Assembly (NCBI GenBank): GCA_964016885.1
Contig: OZ024749.1
Coordinates: 41,788,001-41,852,000 of the forward strand
Source of the DNA: Eledone cirrhosa
Lineage: Eukaryota
DNA: 64,000 bases
Direction of reading: 5' to 3'
Position numbers and translations under genes: made by a program. Position 1 is the stretch's first letter; every line of letters starts with the position of its first letter. Shown in pieces: positions 1 to 13,109 of the stretch. The notes under the pieces were generated by a model that worked only from the letters and a program-made list of their open reading frames with translations, searched no databases and was not told the DNA's origin.

Positions 1-39
1 AGTGAACAGACTGTATTTATATATTTTCTTTAATTTCAG

Positions 40-177
40 GAATGGAAACTAGAGGCTTTGATAGATCTGTATGCAACTCTAACAATTACCCAAGCTGTTA
101 TATTCTGTAATACTCGTAGGAAAGTAGATTGGCTTACTGATCAGCTAACAGAAAGACATTTCACTATTTCTGCTTTG
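40..177 (+). CDS. eIF4A: eIF4A paralogue A, internal exon (gene starts upstream of the window)
   Basis: ttttcAG acceptor and GTAATT donor; 138 nt; [32 protein letters not shown] (helicase motif IV); same length and phase as 29443..29580. Confidence 0.95.
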
Positions 178-284
178 GTAATTTCACTTGTATTATTATA
201 TTATCATTATTATTATTATTTTCAAATTCAGTTATCAACCAAGTCCATTGTGAAGATTGTCCCGTCAGCAATCTTATAGTCAAG

Positions 285-745
285 AAGAGCAGGCTGTTTT
301 TTATATGTCTTGTGGCCATGGCGAAAGAGGTTGTATGGTGGACACGCTTGAAAGGTTTGAAGTAGCACTTGAGGAGGAAAATAAGGGTAGAGAAAGAAGT
401 GTCACCTTCAAAAAAATTTGTTGAAAGATAGGTGAGAGAGGCGAACATGGCCCAAGTGAATGGGCCTACTCTGAGTATGTGCCTGTAGATTGGAGGTGGA
501 AAACTGGGAGAGGGCACTTGCCCTGGTGGCCAGGGTCACTAAGGCTTTTTGTGGGCTTTCTCCACAAGTGACCCTCGGAAATCTCCCCCTATTGGGGAAT
601 TTTCTTTTGTTTCATTTTTTGTTACTTCCTTTGTTATTGTTTTTTTTTCTTCTTTATATGCAGAAATGCCCATTTGTACCATCTTGTGCTGTCCTTAATG
701 TTATACTTTATGTCAACCCTTGTGGTTAATAAACAAAGCATTATT
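285..745 (+). mobile_element. Degraded 3' end of a Tx1/L1-like LINE
   Basis: Broken frame reading AMAKEVVWWTRLKG..HLRRKIRVE..KFVER resembles the Tx1/L1 ORF2 C-terminus; followed by a T-rich UTR and AATAAA at about 728. Confidence 0.45.
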
Positions 746-1390
746 AGCGGTGGATTGGCAGTATTGGTAGGGGGGCGGATGCCATGATTTGACACATAGA
801 GTTACGGACCTTTCCATTCTGAGTTCAAATCCCGCCGAAGTTAACTTTGCCTTTCATCCTTATGGGGTCGATGAAATAAAGTACCAGTAATGCACTGGGG
901 TAATTGCTGGCCTTGTGCCAAAAATAGAAACAATTATTATTATCATTTTTTTTTTATGGCGGTGGAATGACAGTATTGGTAGAGCGTCAGACAAAATGGT
1001 TTGTGGTATTTAGTTATGACTTCCTACATTCTGAGATGAAATCCCACTGGTGTCAACTTTGCCTTTCATCCTTCAGTGGTAGATAAAATATAATACCAGC
1101 TATGTACTAGAGACAATATAATGGACTTTCTCCTTCCTTGAATTTGCTTGACTTGTGCCAATATTAGAAAGAATTATTATTGTTATTATTATTATGCAGT
1201 ATCGGTAGAGCGTCAGATATCATGCTTTGCAGCATAGAGTTATGGCCCTTTACGTTCTGGGTTCAAATTCCGCCGAGGTTAACTTTGCCTTTCACCCTTA
1301 CGGGGGTCGATAAAATAAAGTACCAGTCACATACTGGGGTCGATTTAATCGACTTTCCCCTTCCCCAAAATTGCTTATATAAGAAACCAT
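746..1390 (+). mobile_element. Three tandem tRNA-derived SINEs with Nin/Deu-like core
   Basis: Each has an A-box-like head (tggcagtattgg), a B-box (gagttcaaatcc) and the core ttaactttgcctttcatcct..gtcgataaaataaagtaccag. Other copies near 2275, 4925, 10366, 16125, 16650, 37853, 43070 and, on minus, 59880 and 60060. Confidence 0.85.
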
Positions 1391-1507
1391 TATTATTATT
1401 TTCATTGTGTGCTGTAACTATATTATCAAGTACAACTGCGTAATATGTGGATATGTTCAGTTTTGTTTTTGCTGCTGTTGTTTCTATTGTATTGAAAGTA
1501 TTCTTCA

Positions 1508-1757
1508 TAATATGTGTGTAGTGCCTTGTAGCGCTATTTTATGTATGTTGTATGTGTGTTAAGTCCTGTAGTTTTCCTTGTAATATGTGAAGTGCTTCTG
1601 TATGTTGATTGTTTGTGTAAGTCCCGTGGCACTCCATGTAATATGTGTGTACTACCTAGTATTGCTATTTTCTGTTGTGTGTGTGTGTAGGTCCTATGAT
1701 TTCCTATGTAATATGTGAAGTGCTTCTGTATGTTGTGTGTGTGTGTAAGTCCTGCAG
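1508..1757. repeat. Degenerate minisatellite with alternating long and short units
   Basis: Four units each starting taatatgtg, about 72/58/70 nt apart; stray units near 2180-2270 and 2570-2605. Confidence 0.7.
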
Positions 1758-2899
1758 TTTGCCTGAATAATCAAAACAAATATTAAAAAGCTCACATCAT
1801 CAATGTGATACCAAATACTTCTTTGTGCGAACAATGAAAACAAATCACCAATGTCAAATTATTTCTACAAACTTAGTTTAAGTTTATGGTTCATTTCTTT
1901 TTCATTTAGGATCCTATAAATGGTAGAAACGTCTCCTGCATATACACAGATGAAAATGGACAAAAAATGCAACCTGGCTAAAATCAACAAGTGTTGAATT
2001 AAAATTTTTCTATTTTTTCGGCATAGCATTCAAAAAGCATCAAACTGTGCAATCCCTAAGTATCTCCTCATATTTTTACCTGTGTAGCATTTTTATGTGA
2101 AATGGATCCAGGACACAATTGACATGAGGTGATTTCAACTAAAAGACATTTTCCCTATAAATATGAAACACCCTAGTGATCCTAGTAATCCTATTTTCTG
2201 TATGTTGTGTGTGTATGTGTGTAGGTCTCATGGAACTCCATGTGACATATGTACAGTACCTAGTAGTGCTAAGCAATGAATTGGCAGAGTCGTTAAGACG
2301 TTGGATAGAATGCTTTACGGTATTCGTCCCACCTCATTGCATGCCTTGAGTTCAAATCTCTCCTAGGTCAACTTTGTCTTTCATCCTTTTCAGGTTGATA
2401 AAAAAAGTACCAGTCCAGTACTGGGGTCGATTCTTCCTCTATAGAAAAAATCGACTGTGTTCAGGCCTGAAGAGGGTTGGGCTCCGTCAGGTTTAAAAGA
2501 GCCCTAGACACATCGTATGACAGTGCCTCTATGACTCCACAAGAAGTTATGGGATCTTTATCCTTATCCTAGTAGGGCTATTTACTGCATGTTGTGTGTA
2601 TGTTTAAACCCCCTCTACACTATAGCAGTTTTTATTCAGTGACTGCTCTCCTAGATGGCTGCCTTTATTACAAGTTATGGACTCCACATCTATGACTGCT
2701 CTCCTTGGAAAGAAGGAAGAAAGTTACTAAATGTTTTTAAAATAAACTAAATGTCTTTAAAATAAACAATTCTGTATCATAAAAACAGAGGCAGTTTCTG
2801 GTGGTTTGGTATCAAATGGGTTAAAATTCTTGTTAAATTTTCAGCTAAACCTGCATAGGTGAGCTGTAAAAGGTGAAATAGTGTTTTGTCTGTTTGTAG

Positions 2900-3069
2900 C
2901 ATGGTGAAATGGACCAGAAAGATAGAGAGGTGATTATGACAGCCTTCCGTAGTGGTTCCAGTCGTATCCTTATTACTACTGATCTTCTGGCTAGAGGGAT
3001 TGATGTTCAGCAAGTATCTCTTGTTATTAATTATGATTTACCTACAAACAGAGAGAACTACATTCACAG
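2900..3069 (+). CDS. eIF4A: eIF4A paralogue A, penultimate exon
   Basis: tttgtAG and GTAAGT; 170 nt; [57 protein letters not shown] (motif V). Confidence 0.96.
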
Positions 3070-3398
3070 GTAAGTAGTTGCACTCTTGTATAATATATGC
3101 ATGTATAAAGGAATGCATGTATGTGTGAGCGCAGAGTTGTTAGAGTATCAACATTTTTTCTGGCTCTTCTATCAAAGTCAACTTTGCTTTCCATCCAGGG
3201 AAAGGGGGTAAATAAAACACTGGTCATGGGGCAGAGGATTGGTAGAATTTTTAGGGAGTTGGATAGGATCCAGCTCTGAGTGTTTTAAGTTCAAATTCTG
3301 CCTCCCCCTGCCAGGAGTTGCAACCAGCAGATAATAACAATGGAAAGACAAATAGAAATTGTGTTTCCTTGATCTCATCTGACAATGAGATCTTACCA

Positions 3399-3830
3399 TG
3401 AAAATTATTGTGTACAGCGCTCAGGTGCACTACAACTCATCAAAGGTGCATGTAATAATAATAATGAAATTATTGTGTACAGTGCTCAGGTGTACTACAA
3501 CTCATCAAAGGTGCATGTATAGTACATAGAATAATGTACAAATATCAGGAAAATGAACAGTGTATGAGTTGTGATGTACATGTGTGCGTGTGTATTGAGG
3601 GGGGATATCAGGTATAGTGTTGGCGAATTTCAGGAAGCATGGAGGTTTTAAAGGATGCAGTGTCTCGGCAGCTAACAACTGATGCAGGTAGTTTGTTCCA
3701 TGCTTCAGCAACTCTGAGTGTTAAAAAATGTTTTCAAAAGTCATGGGAGCTGTACTGTTTTCTGACTTTGTAGGCATGCCCACAGAATTCAAAAAAGTGC
3801 TCTGGGTTGTTGTTGTTGGCAAGTTGGTTA
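3399..3830 (-). mobile_element. CR1-like LINE 3' fragment with a duplicated terminus
   Basis: Minus strand reads FLTLRVAEAWNKLPASVVSCRDTASFKT, typical of the CR1 ORF2 end; about 55 nt of the tail is repeated (3399-3455, 3463-3518). Confidence 0.65.
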
Positions 3831-4048
3831 ATAATTTTTTTTTAGATTTTTCCTTTCCATTTTTGTACTCTTCTTGCTAATATGGTTTTTATGTAATATT
3901 GTGAAAATTTGTAAAGAATTTTGAATGTGATGCAGTCATGGTGCTGTTTCGTATTTTTGAAAAAATGTCTTGCTATTGTAGGTTCATACAATAGAGACTG
4001 TTAAGAATTAATGTTACTTTTCTTTTTTTTTTTGTTATTGTTTTGTAG

Positions 4049-4193
4049 AATTGGACGAGGTGGACGGTTTGGTCGTAAAGGCGTTGCCATTAACTTCATC
4101 ACTGACGATGATGTTCGAATTCTCAACGACATACAGCAATTTTACAGCACTTCCATCACAGAAATGCCAACAGATGTAGCTGATTTGATCTAA
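4049..4193 (+). CDS. eIF4A: eIF4A paralogue A, last coding exon
   Basis: Phase-2 acceptor completes motif [15 protein letters not shown]; ends [13 protein letters not shown]. Confidence 0.96.
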
Positions 4194-4296
4194 GGTTGCT
4201 GGCTAACACCACCACCTTTTCTGTTTACAAAGATAGCATTGCTTGTTGTTCAGATGATATCAAACATAACCTTTCTCTTCCGTGTTTTTTTTTTAA

Positions 4297-4504
4297 CCCT
4301 TTAGCATTTACATTACTCTATATTTACTATTATATTTTCACGGTAAAGGTTTTATCTCACATAATATCGAATCTATGAAATTTTGATATTATTTATTTTG
4401 AGAACCAGACCATAACATCAGTTTGAGCAGCCGGTTACGGCCGGTTTGAACAGAAAGAGATGAGAGAATTCTGGCCAGATATGGACAGCTTAAATGCTAA
4501 AGGG
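4297..4504. mobile_element. piggyBac-type MITE, family A (in the 3' UTR region of eIF4A-A)
   Basis: TTAA on both flanks (4293-4296, 4505-4508); perfect TIR CCCTTTAGCATTTA / TAAATGCTAAAGGG. Confidence 0.9.
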
Positions 4505-5281
4505 TTAAACATATATTCAAAATATATACAAACTACTCTTTTCTTTCCTACAAAGACAAAGGCTTTTCAGGTGTTGACACTGCCCATGCAATCTCAATTT
4601 CTACATGGTCATTTTTTTTATGGTCCCCACTCCTCGCCCCAAAGTGTACTCATTAATCTTTTTAAAAATCTATTTGTTAATTTTTTATTCTTTGTTAATA
4701 CAGTTTAATTTTTACACTATGGCACCTGAAAAGTGTGTAAAAAAACTTTAACATTCAATTCAGCTAGCATCTCTTCAAGATTTTCAACTAAAATTTCTTA
4801 AAAACAAAATCAATTTCCACTCAGATTTCATAAGGTTATTATATATTAATTGAAAGGGTTTTTAAATCTTATTTTCTGTATTATATTTTATATAATATAT
4901 ATATGTATGTATGATATTAATAAGGCGGCAAAATGGCAGAGTCGTTAGAACGTCGTATAGAATGCTTTGTAGTATTCGTTTCAGCTCTCTGCTCTCTCAG
5001 TTCAAATCTCTCCTAGGGCAACTTTGCTTTCATCCATTCAAGGTCGATAAAAAAAAGTACCAGTCTAGTACTGGGGTCGATTCTTTCTCTATATCTCTTT
5101 CTCACTTTCTATCCTTCTCTGGAAGGAATCTGCTGTATTCATACCTGGAGAGGAGATGGGCTTTGCCAGGTTTAAAAAAACAAAATGCCCTAAAAATGCT
5201 GTATGTCAATAGGGCGCACCTATGACTCCCTCAGGAATTATGGGACCATACATATATGAGATTAATAAACTATAGGCATAT

Positions 5282-5331
<50 letters not shown>

Positions 5332-5614
5332 GTGCATATGTATGTATTATATTAATAAATTATATACATATATATATTATGTGCATATGTGTGTATTATA
5401 TTAACAAATTGTATGCATATATATATATATAATGTGCATATGAGGAATATATATTCATTGTTTATAAGTAAGATATTGCTATATAGAATTTTCTTTTCGA
5501 TATAGCTAATTCAAAACAGCTACTGGTGCATTTTTCCTACAAAGTGAAATTAATGAACCAGTGATAAGCCTGTTTTTTTTTTTTAAACACTTGTATTGTA
5601 ATTTGTATAAACGA

Positions 5615-5620
5615 AATAAA
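5615..5620 (+). terminator. Candidate polyadenylation signal of eIF4A-A
   Basis: AATAAA preceded by TGTA motifs (ttgtattgtaatttgtataa). Confidence 0.45.
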
Positions 5621-5997
5621 ATTTTATATTTGAAATTGTCATCATTGACTAATGCTGGCCATCAAAGATTCAAACATCTTCAGCTGCAGAATCATATATA
5701 TAAAATTACCTCACTGGAGGTGATTAAAACTTTTTTTTTTTATAAGAACATTTCATTTTTTTTTTTACTTGCATAATTTTCTCTTGTAGCTATTATGTCT
5801 GTAAATCTAATTTAATAAAATCTCTATAAATAGAATTTGAATTCATGTTGGACAAAACAAAAGAAAATTTTTTTTTTAATGATGTATCAACTCTTTCACC
5901 ACATAGTTTCAGGTGTGCTACTGTGTGCTACCTTGGGCAAGTATCTTTGGTAGACAAAAACATTTATAGAAGCCTGTTGTGAATATGTATATTATTA

Positions 5998-6370
5998 TCA
6001 CCATTTAACGTCCATTTTTCCACACTAGCATGGGTTAAACAAGTTGTTCCATTGTGAGACAAGCCAGATCAGACAACTGTGTCTTGCTCATACAGGACTG
6101 ATTTTGGCTTGGTTTTCACAGCTAATGCCAGTTTTCATGGCCCTTCCTAATGCCAACCACACTTACAGAGTGGACTGGGTGCTTTTTGTTGTGACACCTA
6201 CACAACCGATTTACAGTGTGGACTGGGTGCTTTTTGTCATAACACCTACACAACCACCTTACAGTGTAGGCTGGGTGCTTTTTGTCATAACACCTACACA
6301 ACCACTTTACAGTGCCCACTGGGTGCCTTTTGTCATGACACCTACATGACCGCTTTACAGTGTGGACTTG
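5998..6370 (-). mobile_element. SINE body (Meta-like core, RTE-type tail) with an expanded internal 48-bp repeat
   Basis: Tail catttaacgtccatttttccacactagcatgggtt; core atggcccttcctaatgccaacc; about 4.5 copies of a 48-nt unit at 6157-6369. Confidence 0.75.
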
Positions 6371-6960
6371 TATATAATATATATATATAGTTTAACAAAG
6401 CTTATTGTGTATAATCCATATAGCTACGGCCATCATCTACTCAGTCAATGATTTTACACAAATCATGTTGTAAATGTGAACTTATAATTCAGAGTGGACC
6501 CTTTGCGTTAATTAGTAAATATAACAGCTTTGTGTGCATATAATGTATGCACCCAGACTGTACAGTTTCTGTTATGATCCATGTGCAACAGTTGCATCAA
6601 CAAATGTTTCAGACGTTTTGCAATATTTCCAAATATTACATAATCAGACTAACGCTAGCAGTTTCAGACAGTAGCATTCACGTGATCTTATAAAGAAGAG
6701 GTCTGTTGAAATCAGCTAAGAGGAAAAACATGTTGGCAGGAAATTCAAGTAACTGAATACATGCCCAAGCACTTGGCCAGGGTGGTTATGAGAGTAACAA
6801 AAACAGAAACGCATAATGTGTGAAAATCGAACTATATAGAAAAATTGTGTTCAACTTATATTAAAAGCTGATCTGTCACCTGCGAGATTAGATAAATAAA
6901 TCATCATCATCGTTTAACGTCTATCTTCCACGCTAACATGGGTAAATATATATATGTATA

Positions 6961-7422
6961 TAGTATTAATATATAAGGGAACAAAGAATCAGTGTTGCAT
7001 CATACATATCTAATTACATATTATATATGTTCCACTGTCGATCAGCTCGAGGAACGATCTATCAATGATCAAACCTGACTCTGGAATCGGAAGTTCTTTA
7101 TATGCTACCACAAACTCTGTCATAGGGGTGTGTCACTGTATTCACTTGTTGGTTTGTTTTCAGTCAGATCACAGCTTGGGGCTTTCTATAATTTAGCGGC
7201 CATTATCGCCATCTCTGGTCAAGTTGTTGTATGTATCCATGCATGTCGAACCGTCTGCCTGACGCCCACTGCTATATTGTTTGAAATAAGCATTAAGGAG
7301 ATAAGGTAATACAAGAATGTATTGCCTTATCTCGAGCTGATCGACAGTGAAACATATGTAATATGTAATTAAATATGCACATGATGCAACATTGATTTTT
7401 TGTTCTCTTATATATTAATACT
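6961..7422. mobile_element. MITE or fold-back element with about 90-bp TIRs
   Basis: tagtattaatatataagggaacaaa...cactgtcgatcagctcgag (6961-7051) is inverted at 7331-7422. Confidence 0.75.
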
Positions 7423-7851
7423 ATTGATACTCTGCTCCCCAAGAGCATCCAGTGCTCATTCGGTATACTGCCTATGGACACAATTAATTTGTACCTTAAT
7501 ACCTATATATGTATATATAAAAATATATATACATCTTATGAATTATCAAATTGCTTTAGAAATGTGTTTACTTCGGCTCTAGCTACAAGCTGTTCAGTAT
7601 AGCACCTTAAATTTGACAGAATTCATTGTCAGCTTGATGTAATAACATGCTCACCAAGTATTCAAGAGATACAGAGTTCGGTCATCTGTAGCGGCTGCTG
7701 ACCACTTTTTTCCATCTCTAAGGGTATTTTACCAGATTTTCTAAAGCAATCGACTGTTCTTACAGTTAATTTCTACATTAGGAATCTTGCATTTCCATCT
7801 TATATAAAATCACTGAAGGGTAGATTACTGTAGAAGCATCTTTCCCTATGA

Positions 7852-7885
<34 letters not shown>

Positions 7886-9210
7886 TCATGTTTAGTAACT
7901 TAGTTCAACAAAAAAGATCTATAAATATGTAACACTCTTGAAAAGATTAGTTCTGGGGTCAATATGATCAACTAAAATATCATTAAAGTAGTGCCCTAGC
8001 ATAGCCACAGTCTAATGACTGAAACCAGTAAAAGAGTATTTGTTCATACAGGCATTTGTTCTTTCAGGGAACAAATTAGGAAAATCTGAATTTATTTGAG
8101 CAAATGTTAGTATTGTCAACTTCACCATATTTTCTTTGTGAGAGATAAGTTGTTTTTCTTTTATTATCTCTTACATGATTACAAAGATAAAATAGTTTAC
8201 AAGTTGTCTATGGCAATAGAAAACATTGCTCTACTATCTAATATTGATACAGTATTTCACCTTTAAAATAGATAGTTGGACTTCAGTTTTAAAGATATAA
8301 ATTTTCTGGAAAAGATCATCATCATCCTTTTTATGTCAATTTTCTTTCCAGGCTAGCATGGGTTGGATGCAACTATTTGCTTCAATGTTTTAATGTTTTA
8401 CAGCCAAATGTCCTTCTTGACACCAACCCTTTTAATTGCTTCTTACAACAGACAGGGATATTGTGTACCTATTCTAAACTGGAAACAACTGAAAGAATTT
8501 CGATCCTTCATCTCCACACCTGTCCTCTTTTTTAAAACAGGGAAGTGTTAGAGCAGTAATTCCTAGTCTTTTCACTACCAAGGACCCCTTTTATTTAAAT
8601 GATGTATTCTTACATTACCCTCACCTAAAAGAAAAAAATTCAAATAATCATTCCCTTAGAGGAAAATGATATACCTAATAGTGTGTTTACATTGTTTTTA
8701 ACAAAGTACTTTATTCACATATCCCTAGAAGAATGCATACCCAATATTGTGTTTACATATGTTTAACAAAGTACTTAGCTCACATATCCCCAGAAGAATG
8801 GATACTAAATACCATCATCATTATCATTTAACAGCCATTTTTAGTTAGGAGTAAGCCACTGTATATAGCACTAATTATATTATTTATTCTATATAAATTA
8901 ATGATTTTATTTATATATTATTTGTAATTTGCATGTAGGCAGGTCTCTCTGGATATAAGGTGGGAGTGGGGGCACTGAGAGTATTACATAGCCATGAGGG
9001 GGGTAGTGGCCCAAAAGTTTGAGAACCTCTCGTCTATGGGAACTCATTGTATGCTGGTGATCTAATTCCCAAGGCTGAATATGCTGAAGAATTAGAGAAG
9101 AAATATTAAACATGGAAGCAAAGCTAAGAATCGAGAAACTTCAAAGTAAACCAGATAAAGACAAAAAAAGATTTAGATAGTTGGTAAGTAGTCGGCCTTC
9201 TTTTATCATT

Positions 9211-9462
9211 AGAGAAATAGCCACATTTTAGCTAGCCATGAAAGACAATAGGACTGTGCTATCACCAGGAAGTTAACCATACTTTAGCTAGCAGGAAAGA
9301 AGTCAGGACTTAACTAATATCAGAGAAGTAGCCATATCCTAAGCAAGCAGGAAAGAAGACAGGATTTTACTACCATCAGAGAGGTGGCCATACTTTAACT
9401 AACAAACAATAAGACAGGACATTTCTGCTGTCAGGGAGGTAGCCATACTTTAGCTAGCCAGG
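9211..9462. repeat. Degenerate minisatellite, 55-56 bp unit, about 4.5 copies
   Basis: Unit resembles agagaagtagccatactttagctagcaggaaagaagacaggact. Confidence 0.75.
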
Positions 9463-10149
9463 TCATTACTGTTGATGGGGAGGTAGATATAATCAATATA
9501 TTGAACATGATATAACATGTTCTACATATCTATCAGTGGCTTAGTCAGTAATATATTGTGGAAACCAGGAAATTCTAAATCATTGATCATATTAAAATTC
9601 TTATCAATTTTTGTTTGCATTTCCCTGCCATCCACCTTCTTCTAACATAAATAAATAAATAGAAAAATTAAAATATTGCTTAATCATTATTTGCACTTAC
9701 AATAGAGTACAGAAAAGCTTGAAAATATTTCTTCCATTTCTTAATGTTTGTTGTCATGGCATTGAGTTCTGTCCATGTGATAAGATATATTAAACCTCAC
9801 ATTATATCCATATGCATCATTTAAAAAGATCTGTGGATCTTTATAATTAGATTGTTAAAAAGCCCGAGAGATCCTCATGGAGGGGATGTAGGTGTTTCCA
9901 AAGAGTATTTCAACATTCTGCTAAGATCCAAGACAAGTTTATATTGACAAGAAACACAAATGAGGGTAGCAGTGTTAAATTCTAAACTCCCTCGTTCATA
10001 AATGGTCAACCAGAGAGGGATGGTTATAGAAAGTGTAGCAATAGAGTGTCCCAGCATGGCCACTGCCCATGTGCTGGACCAAGTAAAAGAAAGACGTTAC
10101 AAGGCCTATTGACCACCTTGATATAACAAATCAACCAAATTAAGAACTC

Positions 10150-10350
10150 CCTTTATATCCAGATGTATCATATGACAAGATCTGTTGATCTTCATTTTAT
10201 ATCCAGATGTATCACATGGCAAGAGATGTCATCACTCTTTATATCCAGATGTCATTAATATGACAAGATCTGACGACACTCAAATTACATCTAGATTTTA
10301 TCATGCGACAAGACCTTTCAGCATTCTTAATATATCAGTTATACCAAGAT
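10150..10350. repeat. Degenerate tandem repeat, about 43 bp unit
   Basis: tttatatccagatgtatcatatgacaagatctg recurs 4-5 times. Confidence 0.7.
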
Positions 10351-13109
10351 ATCAACTGTCATTGACGCATAGAGTTACGGTCCTTGCCATTCTGAGTTCA
10401 AATCCCTCCGAGGTTAACTTTGCCTTTCATCCTTAAGGAATCGATAAAATAAAGTACCAGTAATGCACTGGATAATTGCTGGCCTTGTGCCAAAAGTAGA
10501 AACAATTATATTAACTCTTAATGTTCTCTATGCTGTACAAGCAAGACATATTTCAAAAGTACAAAACATATAAATATATAAAGGAATTTGTTAATTCAAC
10601 TGTTTCTAGTATCTTCACTAGTGGACAGATCATTGTGAACAAAGTCTTTAATTTTTAATGTGATGCAATCACAGTGCTGTCTTGCCTAACGTAGTTTCAT
10701 TGATACATGATTTATTAGATAAAATTAAATAAGATATATTTTATTGCAAAAAAAAAAAAGATTTACTATTTTTCAACTAAATTCTCTCTCTAAAGTCCAA
10801 AACAAATTTCGTTTCATTTAATACATTGTCTGTAAAATACAATTTTGGGTGGGTTCCGTTCTCTTTTGGGGGAAATCGTATAATGAAATGTTCCATGACA
10901 AAATAAGTTTCGGAACTAATACGTAAGACCCTTTAAATTATGAACGCAGATAGCTGGATTCTTTCGTAAGAGTAAGACCTCATATATCATGTATAAGGAA
11001 AATATATTTAAGTAATAAACGAAATAAGCACACCGTGTAAAATATTTTTCGGCAGAATACTTATTTCATAATTAAAATGTCTAATTAAACCCTTCTACTA
11101 TTTCCAACTAAGGCAGCCTCTACATGGTCTCTTGTGATACTAGAAATAGCAGCTCAAAACGAAACCATTTCTGGGGTGCGGGTTAAAATTCTTACAGAAT
11201 CGTAAATTTCTGTTTCCAAAGCGAAGAATTTCGAAAAAAAATAATCAAGTTATGGCTATTTACATGGGGTGCTTATTCCCCAAATCCACCGACATATTTT
11301 TGCCTCGGGTCCATCCTGATTGATTAAAAAAGCGTTCCAGCCGGGACCATTGCGTTCTAATTTGATATACACACACATATATATATTACAAGCATGGTCT
11401 TATCTACGACTACATGATCTAATTTGTCCTCTTAAAAATAAATAAGACTGTAGATACGGTTTGAGGGAAATTTGGTAGCTATTTCCAGCAGCTCAACATG
11501 TTGCTATCTAAGATAGATAGATGAGCGAGGAGGAATTGCTAGGAAATAGCGAGTTATTGATATTATAGAATAATAATAACGGGCGGACATATTTATCAAA
11601 TTGCTAATAAGAAGCTATATTATATCTTCTGAATATTCCAAGGGAGTTGCTTGAAAATATACACTTTACATCATAGACCGCTGACTGGTATAATTTTCTT
11701 CCCCAAAGGTTTGTATTTTTTTTTTTTTCAAGTAATCTGTAACTTCTTCCTTACGTCACATCCAAGTCGAAAACCTTGTCAAAATAAAAGTTCAGACCAT
11801 CTCCTTACATTCGTAAATAATTAAGCAACTAAGTAATTATTTTGTGTATGTTTTGTTTGTTTTAAAAATTCTTGTATTTCAAGTTTAATTAATTAATTTA
11901 TAGTCTTATGTGAAAGAATCAGTTAAAGACCATAGAAATGACTAGTTTCCGAACATGGTTTAACACAGTTAAGCAGCTTTAGATCGGGATTTCTTTCAAA
12001 TATTAATGTGTCCACATTGGCAAACACATGTGAAGTGATCCGGGTATCGAAATAAATCTATTGTTTTATTCATTTAAGGATAGATTCTAAATAAACTATA
12101 ATAAAACGGTTAATATTAAATGTGAAACATTTATATAATATATATACTACATTCATCGTGGAGCAGAGAAAACTACTCAAGAACTTTACATTTTGAACGA
12201 TTCTTTTTTTGTTTGTTGGTCTTTTAGTCTGAATGACTGTTTTAATTTCAATTAATTATCGCTAAACTACACTGTCCCAGTACAATAGTAGCCACTGTAA
12301 TTAAGTGATCGTAATTACAGTAGATAGAAAAGAGAGGAAGTACCTGAACAAAGATAGACAGATGTACGCGTATATGGAGAGATTGATCAGTAAATGTGAG
12401 AGAATTGTCAGGGTAAATGAGTAAAAGCAAAAATAAGAAAGGAATAAATTAAAAAAGAGCGAACGAAATAAAATGAAAATGAATGATGAAACGATTCGTT
12501 GTTTGGCAAACAGGTTTATTTCTAGCTATCACTTTAGTCAACTTCGAAGTAGCATACATACCACATTTCACTGACTTCAAATGTTTTCTATATATTTCTG
12601 ACGCCAGAATATAGCAAATAAATAAGATGAATATGATAAAAATAATATATCGGGGAGTTTTGGATGTTAAAAATACAAATATATGTATATATTCAGATTA
12701 GCTAGAGCGAGATGTTAGTAGATGTAGTCGAAGTAAGCAGCAAGTAATTTTAGTTGAGGAGGTGAGAAAGACTATATTTGTTGGTTAATGGTGTAGAGGT
12801 GAGTATAAGTGTGTGTGTGTGAAGATGAAGAGTAAAGTAGTTAGTTAATGGTGTAGAGGTGAGTGTATAGAGACACACACACGTGTGTATGTACCTACAC
12901 ACATGTGTGTGTGAAAAAAGGAGAGGGAGAAAGAGCGGCAATATAAGAGTGGACGTTGGTGGAGGTTAGCGAAGAGGAAGTAGCTGTATTAATATGATGG
13001 CGATGAAATGATCATAATGAAAAGGAGGTGAAATGATAAGAATTAATGGAAATAATAATAATATAAAATAAGGATGAATAAAGAGAAAGGATTCAATAGT
13101 GTTGTTTAG

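Noticed and set aside
3925-3975. Recurrent intronic GTGATGCAGTCA..GTGCTG motif as a C/D snoRNA
   Set aside because: Occurs in both orientations and outside introns; it is internal sequence of MITE family B.
40-4193. eIF4A-A exons as alternative exons of copy B, a haplotype duplicate, or eIF4A3
   Set aside because: They lie upstream of copy B's promoter, are too divergent with unrelated introns to be allelic, and carry [17 protein letters not shown] and GRGGRFGRK of eIF4A1/2 rather than the eIF4A3 VWARG and GRSGR.
6157-6369. 48-bp periodic array as CRISPR or a repeat protein (ORF 6044-6349)
   Set aside because: The whole unit repeats with no unique spacers and is part of a SINE.
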